DNA of 63,986 nt, counting the filler, from Diploschistes diacapsis (Eukaryota): the NCBI GenBank assembly GCA_023645945.1. It is 6 parts of 6 records of this genome, joined end to end, with 100 filler letters (N's around TTAATTAATTAA, not from the genome) between each part and the next. Parts side by side here need not be neighbours in the genome. Positions count along the whole stretch, not along the records: positions 43,652 to 50,562 come from JALAIB010001336.1; positions 50,663 to 57,567 come from JALAIB010001337.1; 4 more parts are not named here. The stretch is one strand, 5' to 3'. The position numbers were made by a program, and so were the translations under genes. Positions 45,256 to 57,667 of this stretch are shown here, one piece after another (position 1 is the first letter of the stretch; every line of letters starts with the position of its first letter). Under the pieces are notes generated by a model. It was not told the DNA's origin and did no database searches. It saw nothing but the letters and a program-made list of their open reading frames with translations.

Positions 45256-46854
45256 ATGTCAATCTCGAACCAGCAAGTGGTGTTCTCCAGAGGTATCTAC
45301 CATGGTCTACCTACTTTCCCTGAGGACAAGAAGAATTTGACCGCCATTGTCGCTGGCGCAAATGGCGTCTCCGGAGCATATATGGCTCGAGCTCTAGGCC
45401 ATGCCCCGGAGCGATGGGGCAAAATTTATTGCATGTCCAGGCGCCCTCCTGCAGTAAAGATGCCAGAGCAATCTGAATTCATCCAATCAGACCTGTTGAA
45501 GGATCCCAAAGAGCTGGGGTCTCAACTTATGGAAAAAGGTGTCAAGGCCGACTACGTGTTCTTCTTTGCTTACATGCAGGCCCCTCCTAAGCAAGGCGGA
45601 GGGCTTTGGAGTGATGCTGAGGAGATGGTGAGGCTGAACAGTATGCCGACAAGAATATAAGATGCTATAGTGAAAGCGCTGACGGACTGATCTGCAGAGG
45701 CACTGTTTGTCAACTTCTTGGAAGCCTTGGATATTGCGGGCATCGTGCCCAAGAGGGTCATGCTTCAGACTGGAGCTAAGAATTATGGGTGAGTGGCATC
45801 ACGCATTGACCAAAAGACATATCTGATATACTTGCAGTTTCCATAATGGTCCACCAAAGGCGCCTATGGAAGAATGGTTTCCAAGGGTAGAGTTAGAACC
45901 CAATTTCTATTATCCGCAAGAAGACCGGCTCTTTGAATGGACCAAGAAGCATTCGATCCAATGGAACGTTGCGATGCCTTCGTACATAATTGGTGCTGTA
46001 TGTTCACTCAAATCGCGGCTCATTAACTACTGTTAATGTAGTCTAGATCCCGGGAGCTGCAATGTCACTAGCATATCCTCTAGCAGTGTATGCTTCCGTC
46101 TGCGCCCACCTTGGGGAGCGCATGGATTTTCCAGCCGACATCAACCACTGGCAAAACATGCAGCGCAATAGTAGTGCCATGCTTGATGCGTACTTTGAGG
46201 AATGGCTTGTTCTCACAGATGGAACTGCGAACCAGAAATTCAATGCAACTGACGGGACGGTCTGGGCATGGGAAATGCTGTGGCCACGTACGTTGCAAAC
46301 CGAAATGACCCATTGTTGTCGCTCTTCTGATAAGCTGCACAGGCATTGCTGGTTGGTATGGAGTTGACTTCAACGGACCAGTGGAAGGGGCAGACTATCA
46401 TGAGATAGAGATTGGTTACAAGCCACCGCCTCGAGGGTAAGTCGATGTAGAACCATGATTGTGTATTGCTGAGTCTCCGATCTAGTTATGGACCCCCGGC
46501 AAAGATTAGGTTTCGCTGGACGAGCACCGAGTGGGCCAAATCGATGAAGGTCCAAAACGCTTGGTCCGAATTGGCCAAAACCCACGATTTGATCTCCCCT
46601 TGGCTAGACGATATTGATGGCCAATTCAGCTTTCTCGATTTAGCACTCTTCAGTGCAACACCAGGAGTCCTCAGGTTGGTAAAGTGCTTCTAGAGCGGAC
46701 CGTGACTGATGCATTGTATAGTACCGACAAGGCTAGGAAGAGAGGGTGGCATGGTTACGTAGACTCGTATGAGGGGATGCTGGAGACCTTTGACGGACTT
46801 GCAGAGCTCAAGATGATCCCACCAGTTCCGAAAACCAAAGTTTCTTTCAGCTAG
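45256..46854 (+). CDS. PRISE-like (progesterone 5-beta-reductase/iridoid synthase-like, SirQ-like) extended SDR
   Basis: Multi-exon. AIVAGANGVSG, YVFFFAY, LQTGAKNYG, EPNFYYPQED, and C-terminal DKARKRGWHGYVDS...LAELKMIPP. Confidence 0.85.
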
Positions 46855-47848
46855 GCGATTCCCGACTCTCTGGGGCTAATAGAAGCTGTACACTCTTTCC
46901 GAATAGTAGATCATCCTCATTTTCAAATGGAGGCTGTCCGTTGGTACTGCACATACCATAAGTCTTACAATAACAGTCTAATGTATCGGGGCAACTGTCA
47001 ACCATTAGCTTCCATCATTATCGGTTCGGTTCGAGATGTAAGTTACTGTTGAACCCCCTGCCCAAATATGATATGCCACAGGTATTCCATGATTCTACCA
47101 CTATACCAATCACTTAGAGTGGTCTCCATCAACCACTGAAAAATCCTTTCGTATTCCTCCCTCGGCCGCGCACGGATCTGCTGCTTCGAAACTGCGAACT
47201 GAGCACAGCAGGCTACGCCAATGGCATGTGGTACGGGAACCCCGGGAAACATATAATTCCAAGCCTCTGGCAGGTTCTGTTCAACCACAGTCTCTGGGTT
47301 AGAAGGATCTCCTGGTGGATCTCGAAACGGCTGAATAGGGACAGGACAGCCGGGTTTGGTACGGCAGCGAAGGTTGACATATCCTTCCTTAAGTACATAG
47401 TTTAGCTGCAAGGCCTTAAGGGTGAGGACATTGTCGTGGCCTGGAGCATCGTTATGCCATGCGTACAACGATCCATTCCGATGAGCATGTAAAAATACTG
47501 TGATGTCCCTTAGATTGTCATAGTTCTCCATAATGTAATTTAGATACGCATTTCCTTCTCGCCCCTTGTTGATAGTGGTATGAAGTAACTCCGTGGTCTG
47601 GTTATTTACTACATATATCGTGCTTTCCCAACTAGGAAATCATTAGTCGGGAACTCCTGTTATACAAAGATGCCTTACTCTGGAAGCTCCTGCTGGACCC
47701 ATTCCGTGTCCTCCGTCACCGTCTTGGCCATCACTATCGTCTTCGTTGGAGGTCCTCGCGGTATGATTACATCGCGCCGGGTGAACAGGAAGAACATGAG
47801 ACTGATCAAGAATATCAAGGCAGTGGCATAACGCATAGATGGTCTCAT
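46847..47848 (-). CDS. DUF3431-family protein (signal-anchored)
   Basis: Three exons. N-terminal TM, IVMAKT..EDTEWV, NKGREGNAYLNYI..NYDNL..ITVFLHAH...WHND, GYVNLRC...GCP, CCAQFAVS, SGRIMEYLWHIIFG, HCP..DCYC..YG.C. Confidence 0.85.
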
Positions 47849-48366
47849 ATTGCTTGTACACAATCGTACCGGTTGCTCAAATGAAACACCATAACATGGG
47901 AATTGTTTAGCCAAAGCGAAAAGGTAAGCCCAACATATTGATGTTCAATATCTCATGATGCTCAACGAAATAAGCCAAGAGACAAGAAGTAAAGCCTTCA
48001 AACGAGAAAGATTAGGTTAAGCAAGAACATATGATTGGCAGGGAAAAAACACGTGAAGGGCTCGGGAGCGCTTCAGCTGTAACAGACTAGCAACATCGCT
48101 TTCATGGGCGTTGATCTCGCTATTTGTGCATTGTGTAGTTTATACACATAGATTCCGGCGTTGGAGATAACTACTTTTAAGACTCAGCAAACCTGCTTGC
48201 CTTGCCTCCTGCCGAACAGGAGCCGCCTCCCCTGCGTTGCCTGCCCAAGCTCCGCACAAGCTGGTAGCGGGGAGCTTCCGTGACGTCGAACTCGTGGAAC
48301 GGAAGCATCACTTTCGTATATTTGGGACTTCCTTGCCGGTCAAGGTTGTAACGAACCATAATCACG

Positions 48367-50094
48367 ATGCAGTCCTGTGTGCGCGGCGCGTCTAGGCGAC
48401 TGCAACCGTGGAGAGTACTTCGACGGGCCCCTCTCCGGCCGTTGCTCCAGGGCAGCCAAAAACGGTGGGCGTCTTCTTCGTTGACGGAAGATTCCAACAG
48501 TCCGCAGACCAATCCCAAACTCAAATATACTACTGATGCGTATGATCTCTCTAAAATTTGATATGCTTCGCTAATGAGCCCTAGATATCCGGAGATAAAG
48601 CGCGATTCGAGATTTACCAATTTGACCAAGGAGCACGTGCAGTATTTCAAGGACACCTTAGGAGAATCGGCTGTGGTAGATGGCGTCTCGCAGGATGCTT
48701 CGGATGACATTGAACCTTACAACGGGGATTGGATGAACAAATATCGCGGCCATGCCAAACTTGTGGTCAGGCCGGGTTCCACGGAAGAAACCAGCAAGGT
48801 GCTGAAGTACTGCAATGACAACTTACTAGCCGTTGTACCGCAAGGTGGAAATACGGGACTGGTCGGTGGGTCGGTTCCTGTATTCGACGAGGTCATAATA
48901 AGCACATCACGGATGAATAAGATCCGTTCATTTGACGAGGTGGCTGGCATACTACTTGTGGATGCCGGCGTCATACTTGAGACGGCCGATCAATTCCTGG
49001 CTTCCAAGGGACACATTTTCCCCCTAGATCTTGGTGCCAAAGGCTCCTGCCAGATTGGTGGCAATGTCGCGACAAATGCTGGAGGTCTTCGGCTGCTGCG
49101 ATACGGCAGCTTGCACGGCAACGTCCTCGGGTTAGAGGCTGTCCTGCCCGACGGAACCATCGTCGATGATCTCTCAAAACTGCGGAAGAACAACACAGGC
49201 TACGATTTAAAGCAGTTATTCATCGGTGGCGAGGGAACAATAGGTATAATAACCGGCGTTTCCATCTTCTGCCCTCAGCGCTCGCCAGCCGTGAATGTCG
49301 CATTCTTTGGCGTCTCCTCATACGAGAAGCTACAGCAGACGTTCCGCGAAGCCAAGGGTCAGTTATCCGAGATCCTCTCGGCCTTCGAACTCATGGATGA
49401 GAACAGCCAGAAGCTCGTCCGCACTATCACCGGCAAGAAGAGCCCGCTCGATGCCACATACCCTTTCTACTGCCTGATCGAAACCAGCGGCTCCAACTCC
49501 GAGCATGACAGCGCCAAGCTGGAGTCCTTTCTCGAGCACGTCATGAGCGAAGGAATCGTCGAAGATGGCGTCCTGGCTCAAGACGAGACACAAGCGAAGT
49601 CGCTCTGGTCCTGGCGCGAGGGCGTACCGGAAAACCTGGGCCACTACGGCGGCGTATACAAGTACGACTTCTCAATACCACTACAGGATCTCTACAAGCT
49701 GGTAGAAGACACGCGCGCGAAGATGATCAACGATGGTCTCCTGGGCGACACGAACGAGCACCCAGTCGTCGACGTTGTCGGGTACGGACACATGGGCGAT
49801 TCTAACTTGCATCTCAATATACCAGTGCGGAGATACGACAAGAAGGTCGAGCAGGCGCTGGAACCGTTCGTCTACGAGTGGACGGCCAAGAAGAAGGGCA
49901 GTATTAGTGCGGAACACGGCTTGGGGCTGGCGAAGAAGGCGTTTATCGGCTACAGCCGCAGCGAGACGATGATAAGGTTGATGAAGCAGATCAAGGACCT
50001 GTATGATCCGGTGCGTCACTTCCCCAAACATGGTTGCTGGCAGTGCTAACATTTCTCGCAGAAGGGCATTATGAACCCATACAAGTACATATGA
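48367..50094 (+). CDS. DLD2: Mitochondrial D-2-hydroxyglutarate/D-lactate dehydrogenase (FAD-binding type 4)
   Basis: Three exons. PQGGNTGLVGGSVP, LGAKGSCQIGGNVATNAGG, GHMGDSNLHLN, GSISAEHGLG, DPKGIMNPYKY. Confidence 0.93.
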
Positions 50095-50301
50095 AACAAG
50101 CCCACGAATTCATTCTTTGTACATATAGCGAAAAGCATTCGATCCAGATGCAAAAACTCATGAATATTAGAAAGAACAAACCTATCACATCATAATCTGG
50201 AATATTACAGAGGTATCAGCTTCGAAACGCCCTTCGCTCGTTGTCCCCATCAGAAACCCCCTAGCCAACCCGTGAGCCAAGCATATTCGAGACACAGACT
50301 C

Positions 50302-50562
50302 TCAATCCCCCATGACCGTATCGCCGTCAGCATCGACCGTGACTTCCGTTGCGTCCGCAGCCGCCGGCTCATCGTCCCTCTCAACCACCTCCCCTTCCAC
50401 CGCCGACGCTTCGGCCGACGTCTCCGCAGAAGCCCCCCTACTCTCTCCTTCTTTCTCCGTTTCCTTTCCCTCATCACCCTCGCCCTCTCCCTTAACCTCA
50501 TCTTCCACCTCAGAAGCAGCAGCGGCCTCGGGCGCCCTACCCTTCCTCCCCCTTCCCCTCCC
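50302..50562 (-). CDS. 3' fragment of an unknown gene (acidic tail)
   Basis: Open frame from the contig end to the stop at 50302, E/D/A-rich (…TVDADGDTVMGD*). Confidence 0.5.
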   Translation of the reverse strand, partial: GRGRGRKGRAPEAAAASEVEDEVKGEGEGDEGKETEKEGESRGASAETSAEASAVEGEVVERDDEPAAADATEVTVDADGDTVMGD

Positions 50563-50662
50563 NNNNNNNNNNNNNNNNNNNNNNNNNNNNNNNNNNNNNN
50601 NNNNNNTTAATTAATTAANNNNNNNNNNNNNNNNNNNNNNNNNNNNNNNNNNNNNNNNNNNN
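50563..50662. other. Artificial contig spacer
   Basis: N44-TTAATTAATTAA-N44. Confidence 0.98.
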
Positions 50663-50837
50663 GGAAAAAAGCGGGGTGGGTGGTGGACGAGAGGGGTAGC
50701 TTGGGGCGTGGAGTTGCAGCGCTATAGCTCTTATGGGTCGGACATTACAGCTTGAAAGACCGCTTCCCAAGACATAGAAGCTTGAAGCTTGATCGTAATA
50801 GGAGCGGTTGTGGTGCGGATGGAACTCGGAAACTCAC

Positions 50838-50956
50838 CTGGCGCCAATGCTACGCGCGATCGCTGTCTCGGTAGATATGCTCGAGTTTTGAACATTGTTG
50901 CTGACTCGAGGTGTCGCGACGCGGTTACCCAAGCTGGGGCGCTTGTTGTCCGCCAT
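50838..50956 (-). CDS. First exon of an unknown gene (partial)
   Basis: ATG in good context (MADNKRPSLGNRVATPR...) ending at a GTGAGT donor and heading toward the contig end. Confidence 0.4.
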
Positions 50957-51297
50957 GACGAATGAGCGATAGTAAGGAGTAGCTGTGATAGTATTCAATC
51001 ATCGAAAGGACAGCATCGCTGGGATACAAATGCAGTATGAGTGAGCTGCCTTTATGTAGTTGGGTTTATCTAGGCGTGGTCGTAGATCTGGGGGGTACGG
51101 TCTAAGCTAGAAAATGAAGGGGAGACGGAAAGGGAATCAACTCTATGGTTGTGTGTGTGTCTGTACCCCGGATCCGCTGCTTGGCAGGGGGTTGTGCTTA
51201 AGGTAACGAGTTATACCGCATTCGGACAGTGCATATTTCTTCAGACGTATAAAACATGAATTTGCTACATCCAGCATGAGTAACTTATTTTCCAAGC

Positions 51298-52760
51298 TCA
51301 TGCTCTAACTTCTATCATACTTTCACCCCTAAGCCTGCCCACTTCATGCCTGCCCACTTCATGCCTGCCCGCTTCATGCCTGGCCAGCTCCTCCTTTGCG
51401 TATGCAATCGGATCATGCTTGAACAAGAAGAGAAAGTAATCCCTTGTCGTTTGCGCGTCGTTGTGGCGCGACTCTATTGATCGCGACATATCCCGCACTC
51501 TTCCAATACGTGGCTTTCTGATCTCTTCATAGAGCCTTAGTCTGTCTGGCAATTGTTCTTTTTCAACGTCCGAGGGGAGGAAAGTGACAAGTGTCAGAGC
51601 ATCCTCGATAGCCATCGAAGCGCCACTGAATCCAAAAGAGAGAACGGCATGGCAAGCATCGCCCAACAATACGGTGTTGTTTACGCTCCATCTAGGAATC
51701 TCATCCATGTCTTCCAGCTTCCAAATTCTAAAGCCGTTGGGATCACCAAGCTCAAGCAAGCGTTTTGCTCGAGGCTCGTAATCATTATAAATGCTTGTTG
51801 CTGTTCCATACGAAACTTTTTGGTTGTAGTCTTTGACAAGCTTTCAGAAACCAGAACGAGGTCGTTCAATTAGAAAACTCACCAATCAAAGTGCCCTCAT
51901 CCTGCCCAGCTGCCTCATTGTCTGACATATGCTGCGGGTGCGTGCACAGAACATTGATTTGCTTGCCAAAATCGACTGGATATGCTAGAACCCTTCTGTT
52001 CCCGTTTATTGCAGTCCACGAGAAAAAATTGTTACCCGTTTTCTTGTACAGAGATGAGAGCAACTCATCTTCGGCCACTTTCTGCGTTGGAATCATGTAA
52101 CGAAAGGCATTGTGGCCAGTTGAGCAGCGCGGAAAGTAGCTCGAGCTGTCAACCACCTGGGGCCGAACGACCGACTGTATAACAACACTTCGTTAGTGAT
52201 ATTTGACATATATAGCAAAGTTCAAACTTTACCCTGATGCCATCAGCGCCGATAATGAGATCTGCTGAAACATTCTCTCCTCCTTCGATTGCCACCGTGC
52301 TTTTGGTGGCATTGACAGCTTCCACCTTGACGCCAGCGTTTAATTGAGCTCCACTGTTGATCGCCGCATCCCATAGCTGCTGATGCGCTTGTGTCTGGTG
52401 CATGTTTAGCTTTCATTGACCATCTATCTGCCTCTTATCTCGTACTCGGTAGGCAAAAACAGATAGAGTCCCCTTCTTTCTCTGGTCTGCCTGGTTCTCC
52501 TTCATCTCAGTGATGACATTGCCTTCCGAGTCGTGCAGGAACCATCCATCCACAGGGCAAGCGCCACCGGCTTCTAGATCGATATCAAGGTAGCGCAAGC
52601 ATTTTTGCGAGTTGGGGGTAATTGTGAAGGAATACCCTACTCCCCCGCATGATCTTGACCGTTCGTAGACTGTAACCTTATGGCCATTGCGTGCCAGACC
52701 CACGGCTGCAGCAAGACCTCCCATGCCGGCACCGACGATGATAATATTCAGTGGAGCCAT
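51298..52760 (-). CDS. FAD-dependent monooxygenase (salicylate hydroxylase-like, group A)
   Basis: Four exons. IIIVGAGMGGL, ADLIIGADGIRS, VLLGDACHA...GASMAIEDA, YEEIRKPR. Confidence 0.9.
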
Positions 52761-53148
52761 GGCGAGAGAGGTTATCAACGTCGCGCTTCTCAAATGGGGA
52801 ACAAGAAATGATAGAAAAGATCAAAGCAAGATATCTTGCTACGAACGAATAGGATTTGCTACTGAGATGGAACAAAGCAGAATATAAAGGACTTGATGTT
52901 GAATCTATGACGCTTACATTCACTTTTGGCTTTTTACCTGAGGGTAGATTCGGAAGCATAGCAACTTGGCCTGCAGCCAAAGATAACAACCTCGCGCCCA
53001 TCGGTAGTTTTCTTACAGAAAGAGCCAAACCCAGAAGCAAGCCAAGTGCACGCACGAGAAGAAGCTGGTTATCCAACTTCCGCCGAGCCGTGACGCATTG
53101 GGAAGATTGTAAATCAGTTAGCACTTGAAGCGGTAGTAGTATATCTAT

Positions 53149-53334
53149 CGAGATGATTCAGGAGCACCGCCTGCTCCCACCCTGTCCACATATAGTGTGC
53201 CTGCCAAGCCGTTTAGCTCATATCTATATACAGATTTATATGGGACCTAACTTAGCGCGTAGGCAGATTAATTGTCAGCCCACGAGGTTTGTAGAGACAC
53301 GGTAGGGAGCAGGTGGTGCTCCTGAATCATCTCG
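53149..53334. mobile_element. MITE with 8-bp target-site duplication (hAT- or Mutator-like)
   Basis: 186 bp. TIR CGAGATGATTCAGGAGCACC(G/A)CCTGCTCCC (29/30), flanked by ATATCTAT at 53141-53148 and 53335-53342. Confidence 0.88.
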
Positions 53335-53921
53335 ATATCTATCCGCTACGCGAATGGACCTCTTAGGATATTGGCGAGCATATGGGCAAACTGCGGCCAG
53401 CTCTCAAAAACAGGAAAAGGAATGAAAGAGTAGAAAGCATGTTCAATCAAAAGACTCCACAACAAGGCACAATAAAATCCAGAAAATAGGGCTAATGGAA
53501 ACAAGGGAGCACACAAGTACAGCAATAGGCTTGACCAATCAGGATATCCAGGAGAACCTCCGAGGTTTTTGTACTCCATATTAGAAGCAGCTTCTACAAC
53601 GGTAGTATACTGCATAGAGGTCAAATTTGTACTTCTCAGTAGTGTCAAGTCAAGCAATCAGTATTATGTAGTAATCGCAGAACCGTGCAGAATGCGGCTA
53701 GTGCCAGAAATTTGTTTGCTTAAAATCACGTGATCTCACTCAGGGCATATCAGCACTTTAGCAGGCTGGAATGAGACGGGCTGCAGGGGGAATTTTGGTA
53801 CGCTTGGCTATCTCCCATACCCATCACTATCGTAAATTCGGCTCTACATCTTGCATGATGAGTCCCTTGTCCAACCAGCATAGCACATGACCCGTCACCG
53901 CAGGCCCCAGTAACCAAACAC

Positions 53922-56900
53922 CTACCATCTCCGGCCGAAAATGGCATGCTCCGATCCCTTATTCCCGCTCCCAACCCTATCCTGTAACCCAGCCTTCCGC
54001 GGCACAGCAGCATTACTAGCTCGGGGGGAAAAGCTCCTCGTCACCTCGCTTTGACTTCCTCCTGCGTCTGGCTCGAGCAGCACCCTACTTCTAGCTCCAA
54101 TATTCTCATGCGCTTTGTCATCCTTCCACGTCTGCTCCGCGTCATGCTTGAACAGGTTGAGAATATCCTTCATAGAGAGCTTGGCAATAGCCTTGCCCTC
54201 GACCGCAGCTTGCGCCAGGGTGCGCTTCTGCTCCTGGAGGTCAAAGATGCGCTCCTCGACGGTGCCTGCGATGGTGAGGCGGTAGACGACAACGTCAACG
54301 GTTTGGTTCAACCGGTGGACGCGATCGATGGCCTGTTCTTCCACAAACTATCCCAGCGGTTAGTGGAGAGTTTTGGGTCAAAGGGCTGCTACAGGGGTCT
54401 GGCGAGACTTACCGGGTTCCAGAAGGGCTCGAGAATGACGACACGGCTAGCTGCCGTAAGATTGAGACCCAGAGAGCCACACTTCAGACTGCAGAGTAGG
54501 ACGCGAGTCCACTTATCGCTACGCAACTTTTCGAGACTGGCTTCTCGCAGGTCATTCCGCATCTTGCCGTCGTAGCGGCAGTAGGTGAGATCATCCCTCT
54601 TGAGGAATGGCTCAATCAGATCGAGCATGGAGGTGAATTGAGAGTAGACAATGACTTTGTGTTCAGGACACTCGCGCTTGAGGATTTTCATCAGATAGCG
54701 GATTTTTGTTGAAGCAATGACCTGCGTGCCCAATGCTCCCTCGGAGTCATCTGAGTCTAATACTTCGCTTTCTGCTACAGATGTTTCCTCATCTGATTCT
54801 GCCTCAGACGACTGGTCCGTGGTCTCAAGTGAAATCACTTTCTGTCTCCGTGGCACAACCTTAATCGAGCTATCGTCGTCAGTCGCAGAGTCCTCGGAGC
54901 CTAGCCACTCGCCGCCGCCATCTGCGTTTTCATCATCCGTACCGCCAGCTTTGCCGAGATTGGCAACAGAACGTTCATTTTCCGGTACAACCCAGTCACC
55001 CTCCTTTTCCTCGTCACTGTCATCGACGATCCGTCGCGTCCTATCTTTTCGTACCAGACCTGGCTTCTCCGCTTCAGCTTGTCTAGATCGATGTTCCTTC
55101 TTTTTGTGAAGTTTCTTCTTTTCAGTCTTGGTCTCCTCATCATTGTCGACCAGATCAGCCTCGCAATCCGTACACCTTACCATGCGAGCAGCTGCCTCTT
55201 CTTCAGTTAGCTCTGTTAGGCATACATTACATTGCTTAGCTTCAACAGTCAGACCGCCTAGTAGATCTGCAATGTCGTCGACAGCTTGTTCTGGTCCCTT
55301 CTGCTTCCTAGGGCTCTGTGATGTGGACTCTTTTACGGTAAGAGCATCGGTATCTTGAGATAGCGATTTCTTGATCAGCTCCTTGTGGTTGCACGCCTGT
55401 CTTAGTCGTAAGAGCAGCGTAAGCGCACTAGCATAACTCATTTTCCCATCGCCCATCATCCTTTCCAGACTCTTGTCCGCCTTTTGCTCGAGGGCATTGT
55501 AATACTCTCGTTCCCTGGGGGTGAACTCTGCCACGAGCTTCTCTACCTTCCGGTCAACGAGCTTGAATCCGTTGGCATTTTGACCCCCCTTGCCAAGACC
55601 GTCCTGCTCTTTTAAGACTTCCTTCGTTCGTCGCTTCATGAAAGCCTTCAGGTAAACTTGCAATCTTCGGATCGCTAAGCCCCCTTTGCCATTACTCAGG
55701 GGAGTGATAATTTGGTCTTTCCAAACAGAGCGATTTTCGATCGGTCTGATCTTGAGGAAATGGATCAAGCTTTGTAACTCATCCAGATGGTTCTGCATAG
55801 GTGTCCCCGTCAAGCACCATCTGAACTCCGATTGAAGGGCATAGCAGGCCTTTGTAGACTTTGCGTTGCGGTTCTTAATCGAATGTGCTTCATCGAGAAC
55901 TACGCGATACCAATGTACACCAAAGCAGCCGATCTTGGGACCGTCCAGCTTATCTGAAGACTTCTCATGCTCTGACATTATGGTCTGATAGGTGGTAATG
56001 ACAACGTCGTACTTTCGTAAGTCATCGCCGCGCTTGGTTCGCTTCGGACCGTGATGTACAAGTACTCGAAGAGCACGTGAGTCCTCGACCTTGTCCTCGA
56101 TTTCCCTACTCCATTGCTGAATTAGTGCAAGTGGCGCAACCACAAGCGTACCTTTGCCGACCTTCTTCGCAATCTTCGTAGTCCCTTCCTCGGGGCGAGG
56201 GTTGAGAAGCATAAGCGTAATTGTCTGAATCGTCTTTCCCAAGCCCATGTCATCTGCAAGGATACCTCCTTTGGTAATATAGCCTTTAACTCTGGTTTTG
56301 CCGAGCTCTCTCGCAACCATCCAATCTACGCCGTCAATTTGATGCGGCAGTAGCTTTACTTTAAGCCCCTCTCGCGTGCCATCGTCGACTTCTTCGTCCT
56401 CCTCTTCATCAGCCTCCTGATTCTTATTGACCTCTCCATGAATATCCAGATTGTTCATCTTCTCCACCATATCCTGGGCCTTCTTTTCTAATTTGCGACG
56501 TTGACCGCGCGTTTTTGGCTTCTCGTCATCATCACCAAAGGCGCCTTCCAAGAGTGCTTTCATCTCCTTGTTCGCGGTCGCGGCATCCACGGGCATGAGG
56601 AACGAGTCATCACCGAACTTATCTCGATACAAAGCCGCATCAGTAACGAATAGACCATCCGCTTGTGGATCTGACCGATGTTGGTGACTTGAAGTAAACG
56701 CGCCTGTGCCCGTGTGTAAAGAGGAGAATGTAGGAAGTTGCGACCTGGATGTCGACCAGGCTACTGGCGGAACAGGAGGCTTGACCTCAACAATGCTGGA
56801 GTCATCATCAATGACAATGGACTGTGATAGCTCTTTGGGCTTTGTAAGTTGAGGCTCGAAGGGGTTTTCAAAACCTCCACTGTCTCCTGAACTCCGGGAC

Positions 56901-57112
56901 CACTGTGTGTTCGCATTGGGAGCTCTGTGATGCTCGGGCCTTGGCCGGTGCAACTTTGGAATGTTGAAGACGTTTGAGGATCTTAAAGGCGATTGAAGCT
57001 GGCTTGACTGGCCAAAAACGATCTGGCTGCCCGAGCTATGGACAGTAAAGTCCCTACGCTCATCCTTTTTGGGAGAGATGAGATCCTTTGGTGGTTGCCG
57101 TTCGACAACCAT
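53922..57112 (-). CDS. SNF2-family ATPase (Rad5/Rad16/Uls1-like)
   Basis: GGILADDMGLGKTIQ, VLDEAHSIKN, CLTGTPMQN, LLRLRQACNH, SLKCGSLGLNLTAA, EPFWNP|FVEEQAIDRVHR. One intron at ~54410-54348. Confidence 0.92.
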
Positions 57113-57567
57113 CGTGAAAGTTGAATCGAGCCCTCAGCCTAGATCTGATGACTTGAATGTATTGAGTGTATTTGCAACATCGATGATGTAAGGGTTGAGC
57201 GCAATATATCTCCTCCAAAGTTTCTCAAGGCTGGGTCATTACGATAGCCTCGCTTGATATGTTTACTTTAGTAGGTTGCAACAAGCATGTGGGATGTCTT
57301 GGCGTTTCTGGTGGGGTAGCAAGGCGGAAACACGACCAGGGGGCCGTGGGGCAATTCAATTTACGCGTAGCAGCTCAGCTGCCTCCGATAACTAGGGATA
57401 TCATAAAGCGCTTTTCAACTTCCAGACTACCGTCAGCTAGAGCCGCACGATTAGCACTTCAACGAGACCTCCATATCTGCCCCTTTCGCTCATCACCCTC
57501 GCTTAATCCATCATAATGGCTTCCTATGACAGTCAGTACCCTCTCCCCTCCTCCCCTTCCCCACTAA

Positions 57568-57667
57568 NNNNNNNNNNNNNNNNNNNNNNNNNNNNNNNNN
57601 NNNNNNNNNNNTTAATTAATTAANNNNNNNNNNNNNNNNNNNNNNNNNNNNNNNNNNNNNNNNNNNN
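57568..57667. other. Artificial contig spacer
   Basis: N44-TTAATTAATTAA-N44. Confidence 0.98.

Noticed and set aside
50302..50956. Joining the 5' exon at 50956 to the acidic 3' fragment at 50302 as one gene
   Set aside because: They are separated by an artificial spacer between unlinked contigs.
45256..52760. PRISE-like reductase, DLD2 and FAD monooxygenase as a secondary-metabolite cluster
   Set aside because: No backbone synthase is present, DLD2 is housekeeping, and the monooxygenase is on a different contig.
57516..57567. ATGGCTTCCTATGACA|GTCAGT possible first exon at a contig end
   Set aside because: Only five codons are visible, too little to identify.
29527..57667. TTAATTAATTAA motif recurring about every 7 kb, and apparent gene neighbourhoods across the N runs
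   Set aside because: These are artificial six-frame-stop spacers. The periodicity reflects length-sorted contigs (6913, 6912, 6911, 6905 bp), so no synteny or cluster can be inferred across them.
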